Source: Planctomycetaceae bacterium UBA7805 | Lineage (GTDB): Bacteria; Planctomycetota; Planctomycetia; Pirellulales; UBA7805 | Direction: 5' to 3' | NCBI GenBank assembly: GCA_002480485.1 | Contig: DLCF01000082.1 | Location: forward strand, 5,330-69,329 | DNA length: 64,000 nucleotides | Shown here: piece after piece, positions 10,782 to 20,462 of the stretch | How positions within the stretch are numbered: the first letter of the stretch is position 1 | How the letters are laid out: every line of letters begins with the position of its first letter | Translations under genes and position numbers: made by a program | The notes under the pieces: generated by a model | Database searches by the model: none | Seen by the model: only the letters and a program-made list of their open reading frames with translations | Told to the model about the DNA's origin: nothing

Positions 10782-12200
10782 TTAAAAAAGTTCTTTGATT
10801 TCGTGACGACCGAAATCAACAATCGGAAATGGTCGACCCGCCGGTCCTGGTAATTCCGTTTCCAAGTCGAATCCCATCCCGCGAAAGACGGTTCCCACAA
10901 TTTCCGGAGGGTCGGTTGGTCGATCCGCTGGAACACCACCGATAGGATCACTTTGTCCGACCACACGACCACCCTGAACACCCCCACCGGCAAAATAACA
11001 GGTGAAACATTGAGGCCAGTGATCGCGCCCACCTGCCGGATTTACTTTCGGAGTCCGCCCGAATTCAGCAACACAGGCAACCATCGTTTTATCGAGCATG
11101 CCGCGTTGATCTAAATCTTCGATCAGGGCCGAATAAGCTTGGTCGTACATGGGTGCCACGATGTTTTTCATGCCTTCGATGGAGGTAAACGGCTTCGAGC
11201 CATGGATGTCCCAAGTGATTTCATCAAACACGGTGAGAAAAGTGTTGATTGTTACGAATCGAACTCCTGCTTCAATTAATCGTCGGGCAAGTAAACAACA
11301 CTGTCCAAATCGATTACGACCGTAACGATCGCGAACTTGCGGCTTTTCTTTTGACAAATCGAAAGCCTCTTTCGCTTGTGGGCTAGTCATTAAACGATAG
11401 GCGGCCTCGAAATTGCCATCCAAAAGTTTGGCATCCGCACTCTGCTCGAAATGATCGAGGGTGGCATCAACCACGTCGCGCATTTTTTGCCGACGATTCA
11501 AACGCGCTGTTCCGATTTCGGGCGGAGGTAAGAGATCTGGCACCTGAAAATCTGGTTTTGATGGATCGGCAGATAGCACAAATGGATCGTGCGATTTACC
11601 GAGAAAACCTCCCGCCTGCCCATTTGGCAGATTCCCCCCGCCGCGCCCCATCAACTCAGGAAGTACCACGTGTGCGGGTAAATCCGTACGGCGACCACGA
11701 AGATAGTCAACCACCGATCCGACATGCGGCGTCTCTACACCACCAACAAATTTACGTCCCGTTTGCAGCATCTGCCATCCGGCATCATGAACCGCAGCCG
11801 AAGTATGGTAGCAACTGCGGACAAGTGAAAATTTATCGGCAATCTGTGCATGCTTGGGCAATATCTCAGAGAGGTGAATCTCTGGTGATGCAGTTGAAAT
11901 CGCTTTGAAAGGTCCGCGAATCTCTGCCGGGGCATCCGGCTTGGGGTCGAACGTGTCAAGTTGGCTTGGCGCACCAAGATTAAAAATCATGATTCCCGAG
12001 CGGTCATCATCCACAAGGTGTCCCTGTTCCTTGGCTTGGAGTAATCCTGGCAGGGTTAAACCTGCCGCAGCCAAGGTGCCTACCTGAAGAAAGTCACGGC
12101 GTGTCACACCGTTGCACGTGTGGGCTGAACCGGTTCCTTCAAAACGGAGCATGCGAAAATCCTTGAATTGGTTGAAAAATCGACGCGATCTTCCCAGCAC
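10782..12200 (-). CDS. DUF1501 domain protein, Tat signal
   Basis: 472 aa ORF with TRRDFLQVGTLAAAGLTLPG, GRDHW and FAGGGVQGG. It is a paralogue of 1346-2788 and sits directly downstream of the DUF1553 gene. Confidence 0.85.
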   Translation of the reverse strand: MLGRSRRFFNQFKDFRMLRFEGTGSAHTCNGVTRRDFLQVGTLAAAGLTLPGLLQAKEQGHLVDDDRSGIMIFNLGAPSQLDTFDPKPDAPAEIRGPFKAISTASPEIHLSEILPKHAQIADKFSLVRSCYHTSAAVHDAGWQMLQTGRKFVGGVETPHVGSVVDYLRGRRTDLPAHVVLPELMGRGGGNLPNGQAGGFLGKSHDPFVLSADPSKPDFQVPDLLPPPEIGTARLNRRQKMRDVVDATLDHFEQSADAKLLDGNFEAAYRLMTSPQAKEAFDLSKEKPQVRDRYGRNRFGQCCLLARRLIEAGVRFVTINTFLTVFDEITWDIHGSKPFTSIEGMKNIVAPMYDQAYSALIEDLDQRGMLDKTMVACVAEFGRTPKVNPAGGRDHWPQCFTCYFAGGGVQGGRVVGQSDPIGGVPADRPTDPPEIVGTVFRGMGFDLETELPGPAGRPFPIVDFGRHEIKELF

Positions 12201-12387
12201 TCTAGTTTAGCCGCATCTTCGGCGTGGAACGAGAAAGCTTTACAGTAAAATCAGTGATTCACGGAGGCTGATTCCCCCCCAAATTGCTATGTGGACTGGA
12301 AGGGTGCAATACACAAAGCATTGCTATATATAGAGATACACATCGAGGGCGATTGACAACCGGCCTTTCGGGTGGGATCGGCATGTC

Positions 12388-14304
12388 TCATCGCGCAGAG
12401 AGTGCTTTGACGCTCTCAACGAGTAAAATTACGTTTTGCACCGGAATCTGCGGGAGTATCCCATGTCCTAGGTTGAAGATGTGTCCTGCCCGCTGCGCAG
12501 CTTTTGAAAGAATGTCGCGAGCCGCTTCCCGAATGTGATCCTCTGGTGCGAGTAAAGTCATGGGGTCAAGATTTCCCATGATCCCTCGATCTTCCCCGAT
12601 TGCGGCCCAGGCCGCATCGAGTTCGATCCGCCAATCTACACCGATCACATCGCCCCCGGCCTCAGCCAGCAGAGGATAAAGTGCGGGATTGCCCGTCGCA
12701 AAATGAATCACTGGGATTCCACCCTGTAGACCTTGAATCAGCTGACGCGTGTGTGGCAATACAAATTTTCGGTAATCATCACAGCTCAAGCAACCGACCC
12801 AACTATCAAAAATCTGCACCGCTTGCACTCCCGCAGCAATCTGTGCGTTGAGATAGAGGGTAATACTTTGCACCAATCGATCCATCAAGGATTGCCAAGC
12901 GGCAGGATTGCGATACATGAGTGTTTTCGTATGTAAAAAATTACGAGAACCACCTCCTTCGATGGTGTAGCTGGCCAAAGTAAACGGCGCCCCAGCAAAG
13001 CCGATCAATGGCATCGATTCGGCCATTTGCGCCCGCGTCTGTTGCACAGTATCCATAACGTAATGAAGTGAGTCCACACTCTCCAGAGCGAGGATACGAT
13101 TCACATCTTCTCCTTCGCGAACCGGATTATGAATGATCGGTCCCTCCCCTTGCCCGTATTCGAGCTCCAATCCCATAGGCTCCAGAATTGGCAGGAGATC
13201 TGAAAAGATAATCGCGGCATCAACGTCCAATCGCTCGGCAGCGGTTATCGCAACTTCGGCGCAGAGCGACGGATTTTTGCAGAGTTCTAAAAAACCGGTC
13301 TTTGCCCGCACTTCCCGATATTCTTTCATATAGCGTCCGGCTTGTCGCATCAGCCAGATGGGTGTTCTTGGAACTGGTTCCCTACGACACGCACGAAGAA
13401 AAATACTCTGCTGCCAGGCAGGTTCCCGCTGCTGCTCGGTAACCGCTGTAAGTTGCGACGAGAGAAATTTTGAGAGCTTTTCTTTTTGTGCTTTTACGTC
13501 CGGCGCGCATCGGGTCGCAAGCGCGACAAGTTGACCCATTTTATGTGTATCCGATTCGAGATCGACCGTAATGCGACGTTCTCGTAAAAAATGACTTGTG
13601 GTCGGTCCAATCGAGGCCACCACTACGCTCTGCAAGGCTTCGTGAAGTGCATCAAGTAGACCTTGCTGTTGAGCGAGCGCAAGTAAATTATTAGCTTGGT
13701 TAGCTGACGTAAACAAAGCAACGTCGATTTTTCGATCAAGTATCGCACAAATATTTTCATTGAGTGGTGTTGTATCTATCGGTAGTTCCCAACGGTAGAT
13801 TTGCACTGGAATTACCGTGGCCCCTCGGGCCTCGAGGCCTGCGATGAGGCTCGGGTTCGTGATCCCATATTCTTGCACCCCGACATGAAGTCCTGCCAGA
13901 GGCACATATCGGTCGACCAATTGTAAAATCTCCCGCCATGTGTAAGGCGAATCCGCCTGAAAGGATGGCTTGACCCCCAACCGTCTGAGCGCAGCCACAG
14001 GTTTGGGTCCACGGGCGATGGTTTTCGTATCTGCCAAGGCGGTTAAAAAACGCTCTCGCTTGATATGCCGCTCGACAACCTGCGTTAATGTTTCGACCCC
14101 CACCCCAGTGAGCAGAATCACAACGTCAATCTCCGCGGTGATTAAGCGATGGGCAAAGTCAATTGCCTGCTTATTCTCCTCGATTGGAACCTCGCGCATA
14201 GAAGGACTAACGTGGGGAGTCCCCCCGTGCCGTTCAATGAGCCGCGCCATTTCCTCACCACGCCGGCTCTCAAAGGCAGCTATATGCAATCCAACAGTAG
14301 ACAT
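12388..14304 (-). CDS. hemE: Fusion protein: uroporphyrinogen-III synthase (HemD-like, about aa 1-265) + uroporphyrinogen decarboxylase (HemE, about aa 298-638)
   Basis: 638 aa single ORF. The C-terminal half carries the HemE signature PIWLMRQAGRYMKEYR plus FDSW and GHGI. The N-terminal half has the two-lobed HemD pattern (ILLTGVGV..., ALFTSANQANN..., ASIGPTTS). Confidence 0.8.
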   Translation of the reverse strand: MSTVGLHIAAFESRRGEEMARLIERHGGTPHVSPSMREVPIEENKQAIDFAHRLITAEIDVVILLTGVGVETLTQVVERHIKRERFLTALADTKTIARGPKPVAALRRLGVKPSFQADSPYTWREILQLVDRYVPLAGLHVGVQEYGITNPSLIAGLEARGATVIPVQIYRWELPIDTTPLNENICAILDRKIDVALFTSANQANNLLALAQQQGLLDALHEALQSVVVASIGPTTSHFLRERRITVDLESDTHKMGQLVALATRCAPDVKAQKEKLSKFLSSQLTAVTEQQREPAWQQSIFLRACRREPVPRTPIWLMRQAGRYMKEYREVRAKTGFLELCKNPSLCAEVAITAAERLDVDAAIIFSDLLPILEPMGLELEYGQGEGPIIHNPVREGEDVNRILALESVDSLHYVMDTVQQTRAQMAESMPLIGFAGAPFTLASYTIEGGGSRNFLHTKTLMYRNPAAWQSLMDRLVQSITLYLNAQIAAGVQAVQIFDSWVGCLSCDDYRKFVLPHTRQLIQGLQGGIPVIHFATGNPALYPLLAEAGGDVIGVDWRIELDAAWAAIGEDRGIMGNLDPMTLLAPEDHIREAARDILSKAAQRAGHIFNLGHGILPQIPVQNVILLVESVKALSAR

Positions 14305-14446
14305 TTGCGGGGACCAGGGCGAAGAAAAAGGAATCTTTTATGCTAGTCGGCAGTTGAGGTCCTGAACAGCCGGCTTTCCCTTAGGCAAACAAAGCCTAAT
14401 CGATAGGTCGTAATGTTTCGGCAGTTCGTGCGCAGTCCACGATTCA

Positions 14447-15319
14447 TTAGAAATGTAGTGCGTGACGGATTACCTGAATAGCAATCCCGATCTGTTGGTG
14501 AAAAAACCCCGCCGCCGATTTTGACTTTACACACGAATCCAGTGGCATTTCATAAATCCGCTGTCCATTTTCTGAAAGCCGAAAAATCATCTCAATGTCG
14601 GTTGCGCGCCGACTTGTTGACATACTGATAGCATCCAGCGTAGTTCGCCGAAATGCCTTCAGCGGACTACGAGTATGGCTTAAGTGTTGTCCGGTACTGA
14701 GATTTAAAATTCCAGTTAGTATCCGATTGACCAACCGCATCCATTTAGACTCTTCTTCCGGGGAAGAGAGGATGTGATGCGATCCATAGACGACATCACA
14801 GCACCCAGCCAGAATAGGTTTGACAAGCATCACTACGTCTTTGTTTTTAATCTCCGTAATTTCCTCCAAAACCACGACCACCTTCCCGAATGCTCCTGCA
14901 ATTCCGGTTCTTAAAGTGGCATTGTGCCCACGATGGACATCATGCTGAAGTAGAGAGATCTCAGGATGTTTATCCTGGAACGATTGCACTAAGGAAATCG
15001 TTGCGTCGGTGCTCCGGTCATCCACGATTAGAATTTCTTTCTCCGCTTGAAGCGACAATAAGGTCTCTAAAACCCCAGATATCCAACACTCGGCATTGTA
15101 TGTCGGCACGAGTAGCGACAGCATTGGTTCCGTACAGCTTTGCCGTTCGTGCCGAAGAAGCGCGTCGGCACGTGAGAGCACAACTTCCATGGGTTGTTCT
15201 GTCTTCGAACCCGATCCTCCCGGATGAACGCGATAGTAAGGTCTGATTTCTGTAGCGTTATCAACGCTCTGATCGCGTATGGAATTTTTGGCATCGGTTT
15301 TGGATTCACTTCGTTCCAT
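14447..15319 (-). CDS. Glycosyltransferase family 2
   Basis: LSLLVPTYNAE...ILIVDDRSTDAT matches the GT-A N-terminal motif, and a DxD-like region follows. The start is uncertain, with internal Met candidates. Confidence 0.7.
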   Translation of the reverse strand: MERSESKTDAKNSIRDQSVDNATEIRPYYRVHPGGSGSKTEQPMEVVLSRADALLRHERQSCTEPMLSLLVPTYNAECWISGVLETLLSLQAEKEILIVDDRSTDATISLVQSFQDKHPEISLLQHDVHRGHNATLRTGIAGAFGKVVVVLEEITEIKNKDVVMLVKPILAGCCDVVYGSHHILSSPEEESKWMRLVNRILTGILNLSTGQHLSHTRSPLKAFRRTTLDAISMSTSRRATDIEMIFRLSENGQRIYEMPLDSCVKSKSAAGFFHQQIGIAIQVIRHALHF

Positions 15320-15763
15320 AAATGCTTCTCACCACCTTTTCCGGGAGATAAAAATGAAATGCAACTGCTTTATGTTTCGGTCAGATAGTCTGGCGACATT
15401 GGTAATGGTTCAAGAGAGTTATCTTTTGCGACAACAGCAGTTGTGCAGCCCCTGCGAGGTGTGAAGCTTATGCGTGTTGTAAGTGTGCCCATTTAGGAAA
15501 TTGCATGTTTTGGGCCTCGATGAGGCGTTGGTCGGGCTGGGGTCGTGCAGGTTATACCGATCAATCGGATTGACTAATTGAATTCGAAGTTCGGCGAGTC
15601 GCATTTTGCGGTTATTTCCCGCGCCCCTCGGATGGCAAGTATTGCCAACCGGCGGGTCAGACCGAAAATTGTGCCTAGCGGATGCAATCTTTCAGGGGTA
15701 GGATAGGGATTCATTTCCCGGAAATTGGATCTGACCCTTCTGCAGATTGAGTGAAGACCCCCC

Positions 15764-16363
15764 ATGACCGGGCCGCTGATTGCTTTGATTGCTAAACTGC
15801 TGACCGGAGCCAGTGCCCGCTGGGTCGACTGTCAGCCCGATACGTGCCAACGCGTCTATTTCGCCAATCACACCAGTCATCTGGATTCATTGGTGATCTG
15901 GTCTGCCCTGCCGGGCCCGATACGGTCGGTGACCCGGCCTGTCGCTGCGAAAGATTATTGGGGCAAAACGATGTTACGTCGGTACGTCGCAGGACACTTC
16001 AATGCGTTACTGATTGATCGGAAAGATATTAAGGTTCATCAATCCCCGGTCGATCTTTTACTGCGTGAAATAGGCAGTGTGAATTCGTTGATTGTCTTTC
16101 CAGAGGGCCATCGTTCATCGGGTCGCCAGATTGGAGCTTTTAAAAGTGGCTTGTACTATTTGTGTAAAAAGCGTCCGGACCTGGAAGCCGTTCCAGTACA
16201 TCTGGATAACATGAATCGTATTCTACCCCGAGGTGAATTTTTGCCTGTACCCCTTTTGAGTTGCATCACGTTCGGCAGCCCGATGTGGTTGGAAAGCGGC
16301 GAGCAGAAAACCGAATTTCTGGATAGGGCACGGGAAAATCTTTTGCGTTTGAAGGACATCTGA
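15764..16363 (+). CDS. plsC: 1-acyl-sn-glycerol-3-phosphate acyltransferase (LPLAT family)
   Basis: HxxxxD motif NHTSHLDS and FPEGHRS motif. 199 aa. Its stop lies 2 nt before cdsA. Confidence 0.8.
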   Translation: MTGPLIALIAKLLTGASARWVDCQPDTCQRVYFANHTSHLDSLVIWSALPGPIRSVTRPVAAKDYWGKTMLRRYVAGHFNALLIDRKDIKVHQSPVDLLLREIGSVNSLIVFPEGHRSSGRQIGAFKSGLYYLCKKRPDLEAVPVHLDNMNRILPRGEFLPVPLLSCITFGSPMWLESGEQKTEFLDRARENLLRLKDI

Positions 16364-16365
16364 AG

Positions 16366-17370
16366 ATGGTCAGTGACCCGATAACCTGGATTTTTGTAAT
16401 TGGCGTTTTGCTTTTGCTGGGCGTCGCAACAACTGTGGGGCAATTTCTCAAAGGCCAGCCAGAGTCAGGACTGAACCCGGCACTGGTGCAAACTTTTAAC
16501 CGGCGAATACGCGCTTGGTGGTTGCTTTGTTCTCTCGTTGCAGCTGCGCTTTTTTTACCTCGAAGCGTAACGGTTGTCCTGTTTGGCTTACTCGCGTTCT
16601 GGGCTCTACGCGAGTTTATTACCTTGACGCCGACTCGGCTTAGCGATCATCGTACATTGTTTTGGGTTTTCATCCTCTTTACACCCCTGCAATTCGTCCT
16701 TGTGGGGCTTGGCAAATATGACCTGTACAGCACACTTATCCCCGTTTACGGACTCCTCTTTGTAACAGCTCGTGTTGCTTTTTCCGGGGATCCCAAACGG
16801 TTTCTTGAACGAACGGCGAAAATCCAAGCCGGGCTCGTGCTTTGCATCTACTGTCTCAGTTTGGCCCCCGCATTATTATATCTCGATATTTATACAACGG
16901 CTGATATCAGCAAATTGCGAACGGCGACGCCGGGCAGTGATCCCCAGGTCAGCGCGTATGGCAAGAATGCGTTACTACTCTTCTACTTTGTATTCATTGT
17001 TCAAATGGGAGATGCCTTCCAATATCTATGGGGAAAAATTCTCGGCCACCGGGTGATTGCTCCTTCTGTCAGTAGCTCCAGGACATGGGAAGGTATGCTC
17101 GCCGGGTCGGGCAGCGCTGCTTTGTTGGGTGCGGCTCTCTACTGGGCAACTCCTTTTAACGAGTGGCAGGCAGGCTGCATCGCACTGGTTATCGCACTAA
17201 CCGGATTTGCAGGCGGCATGGCAATGTCGGCAATCAAACGCGATCGAGGCGTGCAAGATTACGGAACCCTCGTGGTGGGTCACGGTGGTGTCCTGGATCG
17301 GATCGATTCGCTGTGCTTCGCGGCACCGGTATTCTTTTTGCTGACCAAGACTTTTTTTACGTTGTCTTGA
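16366..17370 (+). CDS. cdsA: Phosphatidate cytidylyltransferase
   Basis: Polytopic membrane protein with the C-terminal CdsA signature SAIKRDRGVQDYGTLVVGHGGVLDRIDS. Confidence 0.85.
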   Translation: MVSDPITWIFVIGVLLLLGVATTVGQFLKGQPESGLNPALVQTFNRRIRAWWLLCSLVAAALFLPRSVTVVLFGLLAFWALREFITLTPTRLSDHRTLFWVFILFTPLQFVLVGLGKYDLYSTLIPVYGLLFVTARVAFSGDPKRFLERTAKIQAGLVLCIYCLSLAPALLYLDIYTTADISKLRTATPGSDPQVSAYGKNALLLFYFVFIVQMGDAFQYLWGKILGHRVIAPSVSSSRTWEGMLAGSGSAALLGAALYWATPFNEWQAGCIALVIALTGFAGGMAMSAIKRDRGVQDYGTLVVGHGGVLDRIDSLCFAAPVFFLLTKTFFTLS

Positions 17371-17435
17371 CAGGTCGTTGTCCTTGGAGTCAAGATTCTC
17401 CGTGAGGCACGCGGCATTTAAACTAGGATCTAGAG

Positions 17436-18506
17436 CTAGCGCAGAATCGTTTGTCTTGCCGGTTGCATTGGCTGTTGACGGGTAGTCTGGTGGGGCTGAT
17501 GATTTTCAGTTGCCGCGACTCCCGAGGCGAATGAACGATTATTTTGGGAATGCGTACCGGCCGCGACCCATCCACCATGAGAGGCGGCCTGCGGATTCAA
17601 TGTCGTTTTTTTTGGCGATCGATGTGCAATTGGGATGCCATTCTGTTTGATATTTTGCGGTCGATGAATGAGATTTGGTTGCGGCCGACTGCGCCTTCGC
17701 TGATTTGTGGCGGTCAAGGTATGGATATTTGGGCCACGACTGTCTCTTTGCGTTTTGGCGGCAATAAGTGATCGATTCGGACTTCCCTGTTTGACCCACT
17801 CCAGCCACTCATTCTGCAAACGTCCAAGATCGGTGACGCCATAAGATACTTGCAGGGCGCGCATCCAGTTTTCATCCTTAAGCCCATCACCGACGAAGTT
17901 GACAAATTTCCGCTCTCCGCCCTCCTCGATCAAGTATCGAGCCAGCGAGTAACCTTCTGCGTACAGTGGCAATACATCTGCGGGATATTCCTTCATGGCC
18001 AACATCTGGCTGAAAGCGATACCCCGTTGGGTCTGCAGAAAAGAAATCAGCATGGTTTCGTGACGTTTTTTTTCCGAAGGATGTTCTACGGTAGTGCAGG
18101 CACCCTCGTCCGCCCAGCGGGGTAGCGGCTGTCGGAAATGGGTAGCGAAAATAGTATGTGTGACTTCATGCGGTAGGACCGAATCCAGAATTCGGATTTC
18201 CGATCCTTGGATGTTCATCTGCCAACCCCCGACTGTATTGTTCTGGAAAACAAAGCTGGTGGCACCGCCGGCGCCCAGGTGCGGTGCGACTTGTGCGGTG
18301 ATCGGGCAGGGACTGCTCCAGGTCGGTAAAGTTTTTCCCAGCCATCTCTGAGCCAACTCACTTCGAAAAGATTCGGCGGCATCGCCGATCTTCTGGGCCA
18401 GCTGTGGCGTTGGAGCAGAGACGATAAAATTTGTCGTCCGATAGGATGCGGCAACACTAGTCAGGGCTGCCGTGAAGATCACGATTCGGAGGATCGAAGC
18501 TTCCAT
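17436..18506 (-). CDS. Secreted HExxH protein (putative MA-clan metallopeptidase-like) with a Q/N/P/R-rich C-terminal tail
   Basis: The internal ATG at 18506 gives a signal peptide, MEASILRIVIFTAALTSVAASY. The motif LPHEVTHTIF is followed by WADEGACT. The last roughly 110 aa are low complexity. The ORF track's longer start (18653) lacks a signal peptide. Confidence 0.55.
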   Translation of the reverse strand: MEASILRIVIFTAALTSVAASYRTTNFIVSAPTPQLAQKIGDAAESFRSELAQRWLGKTLPTWSSPCPITAQVAPHLGAGGATSFVFQNNTVGGWQMNIQGSEIRILDSVLPHEVTHTIFATHFRQPLPRWADEGACTTVEHPSEKKRHETMLISFLQTQRGIAFSQMLAMKEYPADVLPLYAEGYSLARYLIEEGGERKFVNFVGDGLKDENWMRALQVSYGVTDLGRLQNEWLEWVKQGSPNRSLIAAKTQRDSRGPNIHTLTATNQRRRSRPQPNLIHRPQNIKQNGIPIAHRSPKKTTLNPQAASHGGWVAAGTHSQNNRSFASGVAATENHQPHQTTRQQPMQPARQTILR

Positions 18507-18835
18507 GCTCGAGGTCCTTGCGAGGCGGTTGGAAAATTGAAATTGGCCGGGGCGGGAGCGTAGCGGAAGACTTATTTGCCAACCAGTGCAATTCCAGTGC
18601 AATCGACCGGATTCCAGTGTCATGCCAACGCCGGTTGTCCTATGTGCTGGCAACTAACTGCATTCCTCGCACCCCACAGCAACATGCCTAGCATGATGGG
18701 TTAAAGTACAACCCGTTCACTTGAAACGACTTAGCATGGATCAAGGAAATCTTGACACACCCGCCGGCTCTCTTTAGGATCGAAAGCTGTAACCCTCTTA
18801 TTTGTATTCGCTTGCGGCTTCTCTAGGCTGTCTTT

Positions 18836-20332
18836 ATGGACCTGCAAACCGTTCTTCTCATCCTCGGCATCCTTGGGACGATTCTGTTCTTGGTCGCTTT
18901 GGTTATGAGCTACAAATCCTGGCGTTGGCACACGGTGCTGCTGGTGTGGCTTGTATTTGCCGCCTCCTGCGTAGCCATTTGGATGAGCGTGCAAACGCTC
19001 AAAATACATCAAAGCTGGCGGGAATTATTGCTGGTGGATGATCGTGAACGGACGGGTGGTAAACCTATAGCCGGTTTAATTGAAAAAACTGAATCACTAC
19101 GAAAACAAAACCACGAATTGGAATTCGGCGCAGAGGATGGTCGTGGCCGGATCACATCCTACGGGATTGCCCAGCTGGAGTTAAAATTAGCGGTTGCGCT
19201 TCTCGACCGAGGCCGAATGTGGAATGATGCCGCTCCGCTGGATTTCAGCGACGATGTGGTGACCGTCCAATTCGATCGCCCTCAAACCTACCGCCTTGAA
19301 AGCGATCTTCCAGTTTATGCATTCAGTAGCGAGCCCTTTATGAAGGGTGGAAAGTACTTGGGCATGTTTCGTGTGGTTGAGGTCACTGGCAATCAGGCCA
19401 CGGAAGATGAGCAATCTGCTGGTGGTGGTGAGCCGTTGCAAGCGATGCTGCAACCTCAATGGCCCCTCAGTCAGGCAGAGCGAGATATGCTGCGTAAAAG
19501 TGTGGAAGAAGGTGGCTTTTGGATTCTTTACGATAAGATGCCGGTCGACCAGCATCTGGTCTTTGATCGTATGGAAGCGGCAGACCTTGATGTAGAGGAA
19601 GACGCATTTGATGCGATGGATCGGGTGACTCGTTTGCGTAAAATATTGCCCGAGCGGACAGTTCAGGAATTTATAGACGATTACCAATCCGCGCAGCCCG
19701 GACATCCACCGGAGCGTATCGAAGAACTAGTCGAATTCCTTGAGGACTACCCGGATGAAGATGCCAAGGCACGATTTGTCGAAGGTCAGAATGTATGGCT
19801 GCCCCGCGAGGGTGCCGAGGCGGGTCGGACGATTGCCATCCGCGACTCTATTACAGGAGGTACGTTAGAGGTCGAGGCGATCCCCGCAATCGGCACACTA
19901 ATCGATAATGAAGTTGTGGAACGCATCGAGGAAGATGGATCGCCTCGGTATTCGCGCCAGCTGCGGGACTATGCCCATCTTTTTCGCGAACTGTATCATG
20001 AGCGGAAGCGTCAAGATTTTGAAATTGCTGAGACAGTGAGCAAAATTACAGAGGTGCAGACCCTAATTACGGACAAACAAAAGGTGATCGATCTATTTGA
20101 AAAGGAAAAAGGCCGACTCGCTCGGGATCAGCAACAATTCGTTCAGGACCGTAAAATTATCGATCAGCTCGTCTCTCAGATCCGCAGAAAGTACACCGCC
20201 AGCAATCGAAGATTGGTTGAAATCCGCGATGAGACCATCCAGCTCGGTAAGAAACTGACGGAAAAGCAACTAAATGCGGTCAAAGAAATTGATCGCCGCG
20301 CTCCTGACCCCAATGCGACTTCGGGATCCTGA
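18836..20332 (+). CDS. Hypothetical membrane protein: two N-terminal TM helices, an acidic middle region and a C-terminal coiled coil
   Basis: 498 aa ORF. TM segments are VLLILGILGTILFLVALVM and VLLVWLVFAASCVAIWM. The C-terminal 120 aa are heptad-like and K/E/Q-rich. I recognise no family. Confidence 0.6.
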   Translation: MDLQTVLLILGILGTILFLVALVMSYKSWRWHTVLLVWLVFAASCVAIWMSVQTLKIHQSWRELLLVDDRERTGGKPIAGLIEKTESLRKQNHELEFGAEDGRGRITSYGIAQLELKLAVALLDRGRMWNDAAPLDFSDDVVTVQFDRPQTYRLESDLPVYAFSSEPFMKGGKYLGMFRVVEVTGNQATEDEQSAGGGEPLQAMLQPQWPLSQAERDMLRKSVEEGGFWILYDKMPVDQHLVFDRMEAADLDVEEDAFDAMDRVTRLRKILPERTVQEFIDDYQSAQPGHPPERIEELVEFLEDYPDEDAKARFVEGQNVWLPREGAEAGRTIAIRDSITGGTLEVEAIPAIGTLIDNEVVERIEEDGSPRYSRQLRDYAHLFRELYHERKRQDFEIAETVSKITEVQTLITDKQKVIDLFEKEKGRLARDQQQFVQDRKIIDQLVSQIRRKYTASNRRLVEIRDETIQLGKKLTEKQLNAVKEIDRRAPDPNATSGS

Positions 20333-20365
20333 TAAGTCACGCGTGCGGCGGATCCGATTTTTAGC

Positions 20366-20396
20366 TTCCCGCGATCCGCGGGAGCCGCTTTTCTGC
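20366..20396 (+). terminator. Putative intrinsic terminator after the 498 aa gene
   Basis: GC-rich hairpin TCCCGCG-atc-CGCGGGA followed by GCCGCTTTTCTG. Confidence 0.4.
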
Positions 20397-20462
20397 GATA
20401 AGCCATGAAACGCGGATCTTTTTTCATCCGCACAGGAATTCATCACAGACTATAGGTGTTTT

